Origin: Octopus vulgaris
Lineage: Eukaryota
Assembly: GCA_951406725.2 (NCBI GenBank)
Contig: OX597814.1
Coordinates: 31,434,001-31,498,000 of the forward strand
Length of the DNA stretch: 64,000 nt
Reading direction: 5' to 3'
The notes under the pieces were generated by a model, which did no database searches, was not told where the DNA came from, and saw only the letters and a program-made list of their open reading frames with translations. Position 1 is the first letter of the stretch. Every line of letters starts with the position of its first letter. A program made the position numbers and the translations under genes. Positions 1 to 12,084 of the stretch are shown in pieces.

Positions 1-479
1 AGGAAACCTAGCGTTAAGAACTATGTTCCTGATGCCAGATATTTTCTGTTCCTCGTAGCAAACAAACATGTTGCTCTTTGTGACCTATCAGTGTTTTGCT
101 ATATGTAGACACAGGCCATCACAAATTTCTTAATGTTCTGCTATTTTACTACCTTATAACTAATATGAATATCAATCACGATCGAACGGGCAAGCCTAAG
201 CTTCGTCACACATTTTGGCGGAAATACCAGCTAAACCTCCTTCAACAACAATAAGTACAATAAGCAAAACAAGCAAAACGCCCCCCGTCCAATGGATGGT
301 GTTGAGTTGTCAAACATTTAAACCAAATTTTCTCAAAAACAACTAGTCCTACCGTCCCATAGGCTTCCCCTTTGAGAAACACTGATTTAACCTAAATTTG
401 AGACACCAGCAAAAGAAGAAATATACATAGACTCTTTTTCTATTTCAAAGAAAAACGATTTTATTCATTTTATCGATCG

Positions 480-640
480 CATTCTCACCTGGACTCGATT
501 TTTGTAGTTTTTTCAAGACTTATTTATACACGCTCTGATATCGTCAGTATCTACATATTAAACTTGAGCGCAATCGGATGGAGGATGTCCGATATCCTAG
601 AAGACACACACAGACGGACAGAACAATTTTATATAATAGA
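480..640 (-). mobile_element. 5' end of a non-autonomous Helitron-like element (left boundary uncertain)
   Basis: Ends ...gacacacacagacggacagaacaattttatataataga|t, read on the minus strand as A|TCTATTATATAAAA. Same style of terminus as the Helitrons at 32881, 42739 and 49946. Confidence 0.5.
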
Positions 641-1385
641 TTGGACAACTCAAGAAAGATACCATCGAAATATGACAACATGAATGGGAATGTTAAAGAA
701 TTTTAGATAAAGGAGAGGTGTGAAATGAAACAATAGAGTGTAATGACTTAGACTTACATCAATATTTCGAAATTCAGATTTAAAATACTAGTTACTGTAT
801 GGAATGAAATAGAGATTATAAATGCTAGCAGAAAACATACCTATTACTTAATAAATGTCAGTGAGGACATAACAGCTGGCTGATGCCAAGTTCCTTGAAC
901 TAAATCATGCCTTATGATATATGTATGAAAACGACCTTTCACAAATGACAGAAAAAGGAAGCATAGGACATTTTACTGTTGAAGATATTTATTATATCTA
1001 TTCATCTAAAAGCGCCGTCGACATGAAATTCCGTTACCTTTCATCGTTCATTCAATACATAGAAAAATTAGTTTTAGAGTTGAAAATGTCTCTGAAAATC
1101 TTTCATAGCAATAAAACATCCTCAAAAGTCTAATGTCAATTGGTTTTATAGCAAAATTGCATGAGAAAAAAAAAATGAAGTGGTCAATATATTCCATAGC
1201 AATAAGAAATGTTCGATAAATTTCATAGTAAGAAATTTATTTTATATTAGCAATTAGTTGCTCACTTTAAACTATAAGGAAAATTATTTCTCACAATCTC
1301 TGCTGTGTGAAGAATTGTCGGTCATTTATTTTAATCGTTCGAACAGAGAACTTAACTATTTTCAAGACGATATTGTTTTATATAT

Positions 1386-1613
1386 GTAGAGGCGCAATGG
1401 CCTAGTGGTTAGGGCAGCGGACTCGCGGTCGCAGGATCGCGGTTTCGATTCTCAGACCGGGCGTTGTGTGTGTTTATTGAGCGAAAACACCTAAAAGCTC
1501 TACGAGGCTCCGGCAGGGGGTGGTGATCCCTGCTGTACTCTTTCACCACAATGGCGGTGCCCCAGCATGGCCACAGCTCAAGAGCTGAAACTGGAAAAAC
1601 AAAAACAAAACAA
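1386..1613 (+). mobile_element. tRNA-derived SINE, family A
   Basis: Pol III A box tggcctagtgg and B box ggtttcgattc. Head and body match the copy at 51055-51347. A-rich (aaaac)n tail. Confidence 0.85.
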
Positions 1614-3028
1614 ATACGTACACAGAGGTTTTTAAAGACAACGGTTCAAATACACATTGGCTACTTACTCAAAGATGTCATGTATTTTTCCGCCTGTGGC
1701 CTAGCTTTCTTGTAGGCTTACTGTATCGGCAGTTCATACATTCTAGTCACTTATTCGGCAGGGGTCTAACGTTCTGATAGTTCACCTGGGATAGTTATTT
1801 GTTTTTCTGACGCGAAGAACCGCTGAATGTTTTGTAGAATCACTTGATTTTTATTTCCTGTTTTCTTCGAGCCCGGTTGTATTCATGCATATAATTCAGT
1901 GGATATATAATTAACCATTACAAGAACAGCAATTCATTCAAACAAAAACCAAGGAAATATTTTCTCAGAGAGGTTGGACACAACTGAAGACACTCGATGG
2001 CACAAATTGGCGGTATGATTCTGAAAATCGCTTAACACAACAAATTCAAACCCTCTCAAAAGGGCTAAATATTATCCCTAACACCGCAGAATTCCAATTG
2101 AAATGAAATATGGAAAGATGTCTTGGAATTTTGCAGTAAAACTGCGTATAAGAGAAGAATTGTTTGACAATGGAATTAATTTCGAATCAGACCTTCGTAA
2201 TAAAAGATGGGGACAGAATATTTGGCAAATTCTGTGATTTTGCATCCATTTTCTCCACATCTAAAAATATAGATCAAATACCAGCTGAAAAGCACACGGA
2301 ATTCTGAACAATCTTGAGAATGATCACAATGTAAGAAGATAATAAACCTAGCGCTGTTGTCCTACATGAATCAGAACTTAGTATTTCATACTTTTCGAGC
2401 GTCATCATATCAACAAGCCGTGTGTGTTACACTTCAAAATGTGGAAGCTGTACATCATTGAGTATGTCTCCAGCAATTTGTCCAAAGGAAGCACGTTGAG
2501 CATGAGATGTTTACTGGCTCTAAAGAAAGGAAGTCAGCTTCGAATCACAAACTGTGCTGTGTGGAAGGCATACATCCGTTAGGAAATATCTCAATAACGA
2601 TGAGACCGATCTTTTAAAGCTTTGAGATGCAATATTGGTTTCTCGATATGTATAGTGAATGTTTCTTTTCCTCGTAGAAAGCAGGATTAGTATAATCCAG
2701 TTTTCTAGACTCCCATTCATGTATGTCTAGATTATATGTGGATCACACTTGAGTGTGGAAGCTTAGGATAAAGGGTAGTGTCACATGAGTAGGCGCTGAA
2801 TTTGATCACGGTAACAAAAATGTAAAGGACAGAGCGTAGTGGATGAATCAGGCTCCTGGGTCAATTCAGAGTGGAAAAGACTGACAGAGAGGAGAGAGAA
2901 GGGAAGGGAGAGGGTGATAGAGGGAGAGGGAGAGGGAGAGAGATCGGCAAGTACACTACATAACAGATTATGTTCTATAACCGGAAGCTAGATATCCAAG
3001 CAATGGTAGACAGTTGTTCAGAGTAGAG

Positions 3029-3090
3029 CAGTATTGACGTGTAAGAGCGGAACAGTGTTGACGTGTAAGAGTGGGGGCAGTGTTGACGTG
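3029..3090. repeat. ~24-bp tandem repeat, about 2.6 copies
   Basis: cagt(a/g)ttgacgtgtaagag.. occurs three times, the last truncated. Confidence 0.8.
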
Positions 3091-3814
3091 TCTCAAAATC
3101 TGTACGTTCAAATTTTTCTTCAATTTTCTTTAATGCTTACAGGATATATATATTTTTAGCAATCTTTATATCAATAGATTAACTATTTTCTGTCATAAAA
3201 TAACAATTAGATGATTAAGTGAATCTCTCATTTTAGAACAGAAACTCATAATGAGATTGATATTACACTCTTTGCATATAATTAATTCCTATTCGTTCGA
3301 ACATGTTTGGCGAGTATTGTAGATAAGTTATAAATCTTGTTGGGCGAAGAGACATCCGGGATTCACATTCTTTACGTTTTCTCAAGTGCTTGAAACCAAT
3401 TGTTAGCAACGAACTAATCTTGCAACCAGGGTCACTCTTATCTGAAGGCATGTGTTATTCTTATGTATTTTTAACACTGGACAAGGAAGCTCTTGTGTAT
3501 GCTGTGTTGACCGTGTGACCTTTAGTGTATGAAACTAATTAGTTGAAATAAGTCTGTTGGCGTATTTATGAAACCCTGAAGTATAGTCATTTACATCTGT
3601 AAAGTCAGCAAATTAGCGATTAGAGAGAATAATAAGTTGAAAGGAAGAGAGATATTGTAAATGTTTGAGGGAAGCTGATGGATGAGATAATGAAAGAAGA
3701 CAAAAAAGAAAGAAATATAAAAGAAAGATACAGCAAACGAGAGAAGGTAAACGTAACAGATATAGAATAGCAGCAAGCATCGCACACTTTACAGACATAT
3801 GTGTGTATACATTC

Positions 3815-3859
<45 letters not shown>

Positions 3860-4006
3860 TTGTGTGTATATGCTTGCATATGTATATATATATATATATG
3901 AGTATGTGTGTATATGTATAGTATACATACACACGCACATACGCACACTTGCTATATGTAATTATAGACACGTTTGCTTGCATGGGTATACATCTGTAAT
4001 TCTGTG

Positions 4007-4228
4007 TACGAGGGGATGCTGAGAAGTTCCTGACTTTAAGGGCGTCGCGAAAGGCCTGGTTGAAGGCCCAGATTTCCGAGTTCTTTTACAGGGCTTAGAA
4101 AAACTGATGGACCGGTGCAATAAGTGTGTGACTCTGAAAGGGGATTATGTAGAATAAAATCATAGTTAAATGATCCTCCTGTATTTTTTTTTTACCCAAA
4201 ACCAGGAACTTTTCAACACACACTCGTA
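4007..4228 (+). mobile_element. mariner-derived MITE
   Basis: Imperfect TIRs TA|CGAGGGGATGCTGAGAAGTTCCTG ... CAGGAACTTTTCAACACACACTCG|TA. The interior encodes the mariner transposase C-terminus GLEKLMDRCNKCVTLKGDYVE*. Confidence 0.85.
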
Positions 4229-4893
4229 TGTATGTGTGTCTTTACAGAGTAAAAGCACAAGATAAGGACAAGGTAAAAAAATATCCCTCCCTGTCAAAAC
4301 GTGTTTCCGGTTGACACTCAGGAAATGGTGGGCTGGGGAGAAGGAAATTTCTTTCACGTTTCTTGTATTCACTCTTCTTCCAGAAGAAAGGATGAAGAAT
4401 GAGAGAAAAGAGCGGAAAAGGAAAAGTGGCAAAGAAATGAAGTGAGGTAAAGTCTTGAGTCGATTGGAGGATTAGGGCGGGATAGAAGGTGAGACGGAAG
4501 GTATAGAAGGATAGAAAACTTAGAGACGTCACTGCAGGTTGGTGTCATACAAATCAAGATGAGTACACAGTAAAATCCGAGAAGGTACTAATCAACGTTC
4601 AGTTCCGAAGTGGCTTATGTAGTTCTTAAGAGTATGAGTCCATGAGAGGGTAACAATTCAGATAAGAAGGAATAAACTGGAGTGATCATATGAGCAACTA
4701 TCATATACGGTGCAAAATCTACAATACGGGGGCAAGGTAAAGAAACAAACAAACCAATCAAAGCCTATTAGGCTGATACGTTGGAAATATGGTAAAAGAA
4801 CGAAATGGAATGGTGTAGATGGGAAGAAAAATTTGTGATCAGGTGAAGTAAATTGTCTGCTTTACACACACACACATACACACACACACACAC

Positions 4894-4930
<37 letters not shown>

Positions 4931-5179
4931 CACACGCACACACACACATACACACATGTGGATAACATATGTATGACAAAGTTCAGATACTCCCACTTTT
5001 GAGTGATTTTTTTACGTACTATGTTAAACATATAAATTTTATACATGTAACATTTTTCTAATAAATAGAAAGTGATGAAAAGCGTTTCTTTTTAAAATGT
5101 AGCCTTCCAAACCCTACGCAGAGACACCCAGTCAAGTTTGAAATCATTAATCTCCAAACCTCTTGTGAAGTTACTGAAA

Positions 5180-5786
5180 GGCGGCGAGCTGGCAGAAACG
5201 TCAGCACGCCGGGCGAAATGCGTAACCGTATTTCGTCTGCCGTTACGTTCTGAGTTCAAATTCCGCCGAGGTCGACTTTGCCTTTCATCCTTTCGGGATC
5301 GATAAATTACGGACCAGTTACGCACTGGGGTCGATGTAATCGACTTAATTCGTTTGTCGGTCCTTGTTTCTCCCCTCTGTGTTTAGTCCCTTGTGGGTAG
5401 TAAAGAAATAGAAATAGGTATTTGGTCTGCCGCTACGTACTAAGTTCAAATTCCGCCGAGGTCGACTTTGCCTTTCATCCATTCGGGTTCGATAAATTAA
5501 GGAACAGGTACGCACTGGGTTCGATATAATCGACTTAATCTGTTTGTCTGTCCTTGTTTGTCCCTTCTGTGTTTAGCCCCTTCTGGGTAGTAAAGAAATA
5601 GGTATTTCGTCTGCCACTACGTTCTGTGTTCAAATTCCTCCGAGGTCGACTTTGCTTTTCATCCTTTCGGGGTCGACTAAATAAGTACCATTTACGCACT
5701 GGGGTCGATATAATCGACTTAATCCGTTTTTCTGTCCTTGTTTGTCCCTTCTGTGTTTAGCCCCTTGTGGGCAATAAAGAAATAAA
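5180..5786 (+). mobile_element. tRNA-derived SINE family B, trimer (one headed unit plus two headless ~185-bp units)
   Basis: Head ggcggcgagctggcagaaacg, B box gagttcaaattcc, central gcctttcatcctttcggggtcgataaa (resembles the MetaSINE-type central domain). Units restart at ggtattt 5417 and 5601. Confidence 0.9.
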
Positions 5787-6903
5787 TGGGTCGATCTGCA
5801 TAATGTGTCGATCTAATCGTCTGTCCCCCCTCTCCCCAAATTTCTTACCTAGTGTCTCGAGTATAAAATTATATCTAGCCCTAAAAACAATTTCTTGGGT
5901 CTCTTTGTTTAGAACAAAAGAAATAAAGCATGTGTATTCAAATTTCGTTCATGTTAAACCGTGACATTTTCTGTTCTCACAGTGAGTTTTACACAATCTA
6001 ATTACATAATATTTTGCATAAATTAAATGACCACAGCAAAAAGCTTTCTGTTAACACAGATCAAACTTAAATGTTGAAGAAATAAATGAAAACAAGTGAA
6101 TGAACAATAAAGGAGAGGAAAATAATTGCACTGGAGAAAATTAATCAAGTACGCAGCGAAATTGCTTTATCAGAAGAGAAATTAACTTTTTGCGATGCAT
6201 CTCTGTCTGTATAACAGCCGGTCACGTTGGTATTGATGGAATAGTTGTATATGTCAGCCAATTTTCTCCCTTCCTGAATAATAGCATCAGTGCTGTTATT
6301 CTGCAGCTATATAACTTAAAGCAAGTGGACCAGGTCAACTTGAGCGGACGCAGTACTGAAATCAATTTTCAGTGTATAGCTTCCTAAATTCAGCTTATGT
6401 CTTCTGGACACTAGAAAAGAGAGAAAAAAATCTTTAATAAAAATATGCAACCATTCAGACTAAGCCGAAATGGCTAGCTGAACGGACTTTAGTTACATTA
6501 CAAAGTGTGATAATGGAAGAAACGCATTCGCGCGAGTTCATGAACACTGATATAGTGCACCTGATTAAGTTTCTTTAAATCTATTTGGTCTGTATATCAA
6601 GTTCAATATTACGCATGCGTACAAAGAAAATATCTTTTTAGAAAATATTGATTCACGATTACGTCTATTTTTAAGTGTATATAAATTAACCGTAATTTCA
6701 GGGTGTTTGCTAGAATATATAAGTTTATAAGTATGTGTGTGTGTGCATGTGTGTGTATGTGTGCATTTTTTTTTTGAGTGTGTGTATTCTTGTGCGCATA
6801 ACTATAGAGCTATCTTTACATATTACTTAATGTGGATATTCTGTATGAAATCCAAAGTAATGAGGTTTTCATCTGAAGACATCATATCATAAAAGTGTAT
6901 ATT

Positions 6904-7132
6904 TTTCTTTACTACCCACAAGGGGCTAAACGCAGAGGGGACAAACAAGGAGAGACAAACGGATTAAGTCGATTATATCGACCCCAGTGCGTAACTGGCC
7001 CTTAGTTTATCTACCCCGAAAGGATGAAAGGCAAAGTCGACCGCGGTGGAATTTGAACTCAGAACGTAACGGTAGACGAAATACGGCTACGCATTTCGCC
7101 CGGCATGCTAACGTTTCTGCCAGCTCGCCGCC
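6904..7132 (-). mobile_element. SINE family B
   Basis: Reverse complement of the family B consensus, with a 15-bp TSD atatcataaaagtgt at 6884-6898 and 7136-7150. Confidence 0.92.
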
Positions 7133-7827
7133 TTGATATCATAAAAGTGTTAATGCTTCGAAAAGTATTAATCAGTGGACAGTTTCCGTTTGATTCTGAT
7201 AATTGGTGATTTTTAGCATATGTCTTCATACCTTACTTTCTCGAGACGAATACCGCAGTATTGTGTCTTTCTGACAGTATATCCATGGTAAGATATACAA
7301 AATATTATTCGATTATTTGGAGGCAATTATATTATCAATAATATAATTATCTCCCTGATAGTAAACTACAGTTTTTTTCTGTAGAATTTTACTCGATAGC
7401 ACACGTGGGTAGGTGAGGGAGAATACAAGATCTCATTCGTGTGTTTTGAATTTGGCGGGTACTGGCCATTGGATTTAATTTGTCTGATGTCGCTTGGTCA
7501 GATAAGGTATGTTCAATTTTTTACGGTGCCCTCAAATTTAAAATCTTGAAATACTGTGCTGAAGAGCGAGAATGATAGAATCGAAATGTGGTTTTTGCAT
7601 TTTTCATATCTAACTCCGAAAAGCGTCCACAGTTAATCTAAGCCGAGTGAATACGCTATTTTCTTCTCTTTGCCTACGTAGGTTGTTGAGTATTGTTGTC
7701 AGGGAGATTTTCTTATGGTAGAGAAATAGCTAGTTTTTGGCTACTATTTCTAAATTTCGGTATGTGGTGAAGCTATGTTTTTGCCGAACACTAATTATAA
7801 CTATACTCATAATTATAAGAATTTATA

Positions 7828-7862
<35 letters not shown>

Positions 7863-8158
7863 CTCACCTATAACCGACACACATAAACACACACACACGG
7901 TGGTGTTTATATTTGGTCATGCAAAGCATAGAGTCTTGTAGACGGTCTTATTCGACCGAGGGGTTTAATGAACTAAAATAAACACCATTGGAACTCATAC
8001 ACAAGGTACAGGAAACTTCCATATACACCATTATGCTTAAAAAATGGAACTGCAAATACAATATCCTTACGAATATCAATTCTATTTTCATTCCTTCACT
8101 TCCCTCTGTATTTCATATCTTTTCTACAATAATTATTACTTAAACATTTTCTCGCACT

Positions 8159-8206
8159 GTCTCTGATGAAGGGATATACAAAATATCCCGGAAACAGCTG
8201 TAAGAC
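8159..8206 (+). ncRNA. type I hammerhead ribozyme motif
   Basis: GTCT-CTGATGA-a-GGGATAT(acaaa)ATATCCC-g-GAAAC-AGCT-GTA-AGAC. All core nucleotides present, helix I 4 bp, helix II 7 bp, palindromic helix III ACAGCTGT. Confidence 0.8.
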
Positions 8207-9375
8207 CTCCATTTTATAAATGTTCTGAAAACTACTCACAGCTTCAAACAGCATCAGTATATCGAAAGCTCATGCTTATTATTTATTAAAACAAAAAGTA
8301 TCATGTGCTAATAGGCAGGATAGCTAATTTTGGAGAAAGTATTGGTCATTTTACATATGAGAAGTAGTAGTCGAAGTAGCAAGAGTAGCAACTGCAGCAG
8401 CAGTCGTCATCATTATCCTAGTAGTAGTAGTAGTTGTAGTAGTAGTAGTAGCAGCAGCAGTAGATACGGCGGCAGGCACATTAGTAGTTGTACAGTAGAG
8501 TTTTTTTTACCCTGTTGCAGTTCTAAATGTACTCTAAATGTGTTCCAGACGTGACTATCTTGCAATCTTTTATACCAAGGACTGCATTGATCTGTGTTAA
8601 TCTGTATGAGTTTTCCTGCTGGCAGGTTTAACAAATTCGTAGAGCCTTCATTTTTTAAGTAATTCGGATAAATATCAATAAAGAATATGTAAATATTTCC
8701 TCACAATTTAACAGAAAGCACGAGGTCATTCTGACACTACAGTAAGAACGTATTTTTACTTATACCCTCTAATAATTCAAAATGTTCATTCATTTCAAAT
8801 AATATTCACATAAGCAAAGGTGTTTGTAAATATAGATAACAAAGCAAATTTCAAATTCAGTGGAACAGTTGAAGAAATAGTAAACCTTTTGGGACTAAAT
8901 TGAAATATCATACAGCAATTTCTCACATGCATTTCCTACATTCATTCACTTACACACACTTTCATACGACGTGTGAACACGTTGAACAGAATCATGTGCG
9001 TTCTCACAAACACACATAAGCAAGCAAACACGAGCAGACACATTCACGTATATGTGCATGCATACATACATAAAGACACACACATAACGAATAAAATATA
9101 TATGCAGGCAGAGTGAAGAAGAGAGTCTAACAAATAAATGTGTTTAATCGTAGCCGCTGTAATGAAGTTATCAGATTACCGCCAGTCCTTAAGTAGTGAG
9201 CTACTGTTTTCCCGCAGAATCGCAGGTGTTTTACACATAACCCTCAGAAGCTCGGTGGATATTAGAGGTAGCATATGCTGCCAAGTCATATTCTGTTTCT
9301 GATATATAATATAAATATGATGTAGCCACAAAACAATAATTAGATGAAGGTGCTTAGTAAGAGATAGTAAGAATA

Positions 9376-9413
<38 letters not shown>

Positions 9414-9485
9414 TTTCATTAAAAAAATGCGCAAGAAACAGTTGTAGTGAGCTGACAATTACCCATCGTCTGTTATTAATCAATT

Positions 9486-9486
9486 G

Positions 9487-9530
<44 letters not shown>

Positions 9531-10490
9531 CCTACATACATACACACATACACACACACATACATACATACATACACACATACATACATACACATACACA
9601 TACACACACATACAAACACACATACATACATACATACATAAATACATACATACATACCTACATACATACATACATGCATATGGGGTTGGCTGTATTGCAG
9701 GCGTCCGTCAGTGTGTGTATGTGTGTGCCTGTGAATTCACATACACCCACACTAATTTTTTTCCATCAATCTTTCAATTATAAAGTGTGTGCTTGCATAC
9801 ATACATACATATACACACATATAAACATATAAACACGCATATCAACCTCTACATTAGTACACACACGCACATATATACATACATTCACTCGCACGCACGT
9901 ACATACAGACGCTCACACACACATACATTTACATATATATACAATACACGCACACACACATACACACGTACAAATACACACAAATTCACATACACACCGA
10001 CACATATACATACACACAATTTATACCTACTAGCGCACGCACACATGCATATACGTACACACATATAAGCAGAGACACACACACATACGCACACAAAAAC
10101 ATGCGCACACATACGCACGCACAGACGCACACACCCAAAACTCACAACCCCACGGATACACGCATATACATCCATATACGCTTACACATACACATATACA
10201 AACGCACACATACACGTACACACAACTACACGCACATACATACACACACACAAATGAACCCACACATACATCTCATACACACGGCACACAATTATACATA
10301 CACGCACACCTTTATACATACATATATATATACACACACGCATGTACAAGCACACACGCACACATACACTAAGTTAAGCACAGTTACTCGCCACACACCC
10401 AAACTCTACGCATACACACACGAACACACACATACACACACACTACAAACAAAACACAGACACGATACATATACATACACGCACACACAC
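9486..10490. repeat. compound (TA)n/(TACA)n/(CA)n low-complexity tract
   Basis: Directly visible. It generates the H/T/Y/I and V/C ORFs. Confidence 0.95.
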
Positions 10491-10871
10491 ATACCTCTTT
10501 GTTTTTGACCTGTGACTGGACACAAAAAACACCACTCCTTATTCTTACCTACTGGCCAGCTACTAGCCAGCTACTAGCCAGTTGTTCGCCATACACACAT
10601 ACACACACACACGCACACACACGCACACACGGACGTCATTGCACACATACACACACATGCGCACACGCAGACCACCGCGCACGCACACACCCACACGCAT
10701 TCCCCCTCTCACTTCCTTGTCTTTACCATATTGTCTTTGAAAACTCTCCTGTCTTTAAAAAACATTATTCTTCCACCATTCTACATCCGGTCTTTAAATA
10801 TGTGATCTCGTGAGTACCGCCGGCGATTTTTTTCCTCTGTCTTCCCTTCTCAGGATCTTTCCTTCTCCTAT

Positions 10872-10906
10872 GTTTCCGACGAAGAGCTCCGCTCGAAACG
10901 TTAAAC
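10872..10906 (+). ncRNA. degenerate minimal hammerhead motif in a Penelope-LTR-like repeat
   Basis: GTTT-CCGACGA-a-GAGC(tcc)GCTC-GAAAC-G-TTA-AAC. Core U4 is replaced by C; helix III is the palindrome AACGTT. Confidence 0.55.
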
Positions 10907-11046
10907 CCTCCTTCTTCCCTTCTTTCCTGAGCGTCCAATAATACTTTATTTGTTCCACGTCCTCGCCTTGTTTTTTGTTTTTTTTTGGTTTGTTTTGTGT
11001 TTTCTTGTTTGGATTAAGTATATATATATATATATATATATATATA

Positions 11047-11125
11047 CTGGAAATGGCAGCCAAAACTTGACTCTAAAACAAGATTTAATGTGGTTTTAGA
11101 GTCAGGTTTTGGCTACTATTTCCAG
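11047..11125. repeat. 33-bp-arm inverted repeat (hairpin)
   Basis: ctggaaatggcagccaaaacttgactctaaaac ... gttttagagtcaggttttggctactatttccag. Confidence 0.85.
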
Positions 11126-11242
11126 CGTGGTGGTATCTCTTAATACCCTAAATTATAATTTAATAATTATTATTACCTTTGAAGGTTTTTATTCCCATGC
11201 TGGCCACTTGGTAAGATCGACATTTAAATAACGATCTTATCC

Positions 11243-11273
<31 letters not shown>

Positions 11274-11414
11274 AATGATATTTTTATAATTCTCAATTTT
11301 AATAGGTGTTATGTTTAACGTTTAGCACACAACACCTATAAACACATTGTAAAAATGGAATAAGCAAATGATCTTCAAGAGGAAACAGCTGGAGTTTAAA
11401 TGAACAAGGTATAA

Positions 11415-11445
<31 letters not shown>

Positions 11446-11495
11446 CGCGCACGCGCACGCACAGCCACATGCATACACACATATTAATATTTAGC

Positions 11496-11602
11496 AGAAG
11501 CAACAGATTCGAGACCCAAAAGTTTCTTGCGTTAGCACTTACGAAACTTTGCTAAGTGCTAACGCACGAAACTCTCGGTAGCGAGTCACTCTGTAGCTTC
11601 TG
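11496..11602. repeat. fold-back element containing the 3' half of a hammerhead-like motif
   Basis: gtttcttgcgttagcactta / taagtgctaacgcacgaaac and cagaagcaacaga / tctgtagcttctg pair. The right arm reads GAAAC-tctcg-GTA. Confidence 0.7.
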
Positions 11603-11889
11603 ATGAACATAAATAAAATTATATATATATTCTCATATTTTGAGTTCTATATATCCGGTCTGCATCACTATATCAGTGTGTATGTGTGTATGAGTGTGTG
11701 TGTGTGTGTGTGTGTGCATGTGTATAACCACAAATTCACACCAGCCCTAACTTCAGACAGCGATTTGTGTGAATATGGAGCCAACAGCACAATCCTGTAA
11801 AAGGATCAGGTTTCAGTTCCTAAATAGCCACCCCAACCTCCTGCAGAACACTAACTAACAAAAAATTTACTCCACTTCGAGACCGACCA

Positions 11890-11979
11890 AATGACCTTGA
11901 AGAAGCTGCAATGATAACAGTGCTAGGTTGCACCAGTAACCGCCAGTACGATGCGAAGTTGAAATACGTGTAGGTCATT
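11890..11979 (+). ncRNA. type I hammerhead motif with long helix II insert
   Basis: AATGACC-TTGAAGA-(57 nt)-GAAAT-ACGT-GTA-GGTCATT. Perfect 7-bp helix I, C3U core variant. Confidence 0.65.
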
Positions 11980-12084
11980 ATAATATGCTGTATAAAATTA
12001 TAAAATAATTTTATATTTCTATTTTATATTTTCTTTTTGTAGTTTATATTTTCTTTTTGTAAAATATATATATATATATATATA

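Noticed and set aside
1391-1460. tRNA gene
   Set aside because: There is no closed acceptor stem or terminator, and it continues into a SINE body shared with 51055-51347.
1990-2720. Possible decayed hAT transposase
   Set aside because: Only a vague similarity (LIRSFTAKFQD); no diagnostic motif or TIRs.
4345-4392. Minus-strand CTGGAAGAAGAG...GAAACGTG trace
   Set aside because: Helix II does not pair; too degenerate to call.
5227-5786. CRISPR-like regular repeats
   Set aside because: The units are contiguous SINE bodies with no unique spacers, in a eukaryotic context.
9480-10813. Many overlapping YI/HT/VC-rich ORFs (also at 15.5, 18.4, 26, 36, 57.6 and 61 kb)
   Set aside because: These are translations of stop-free microsatellites.
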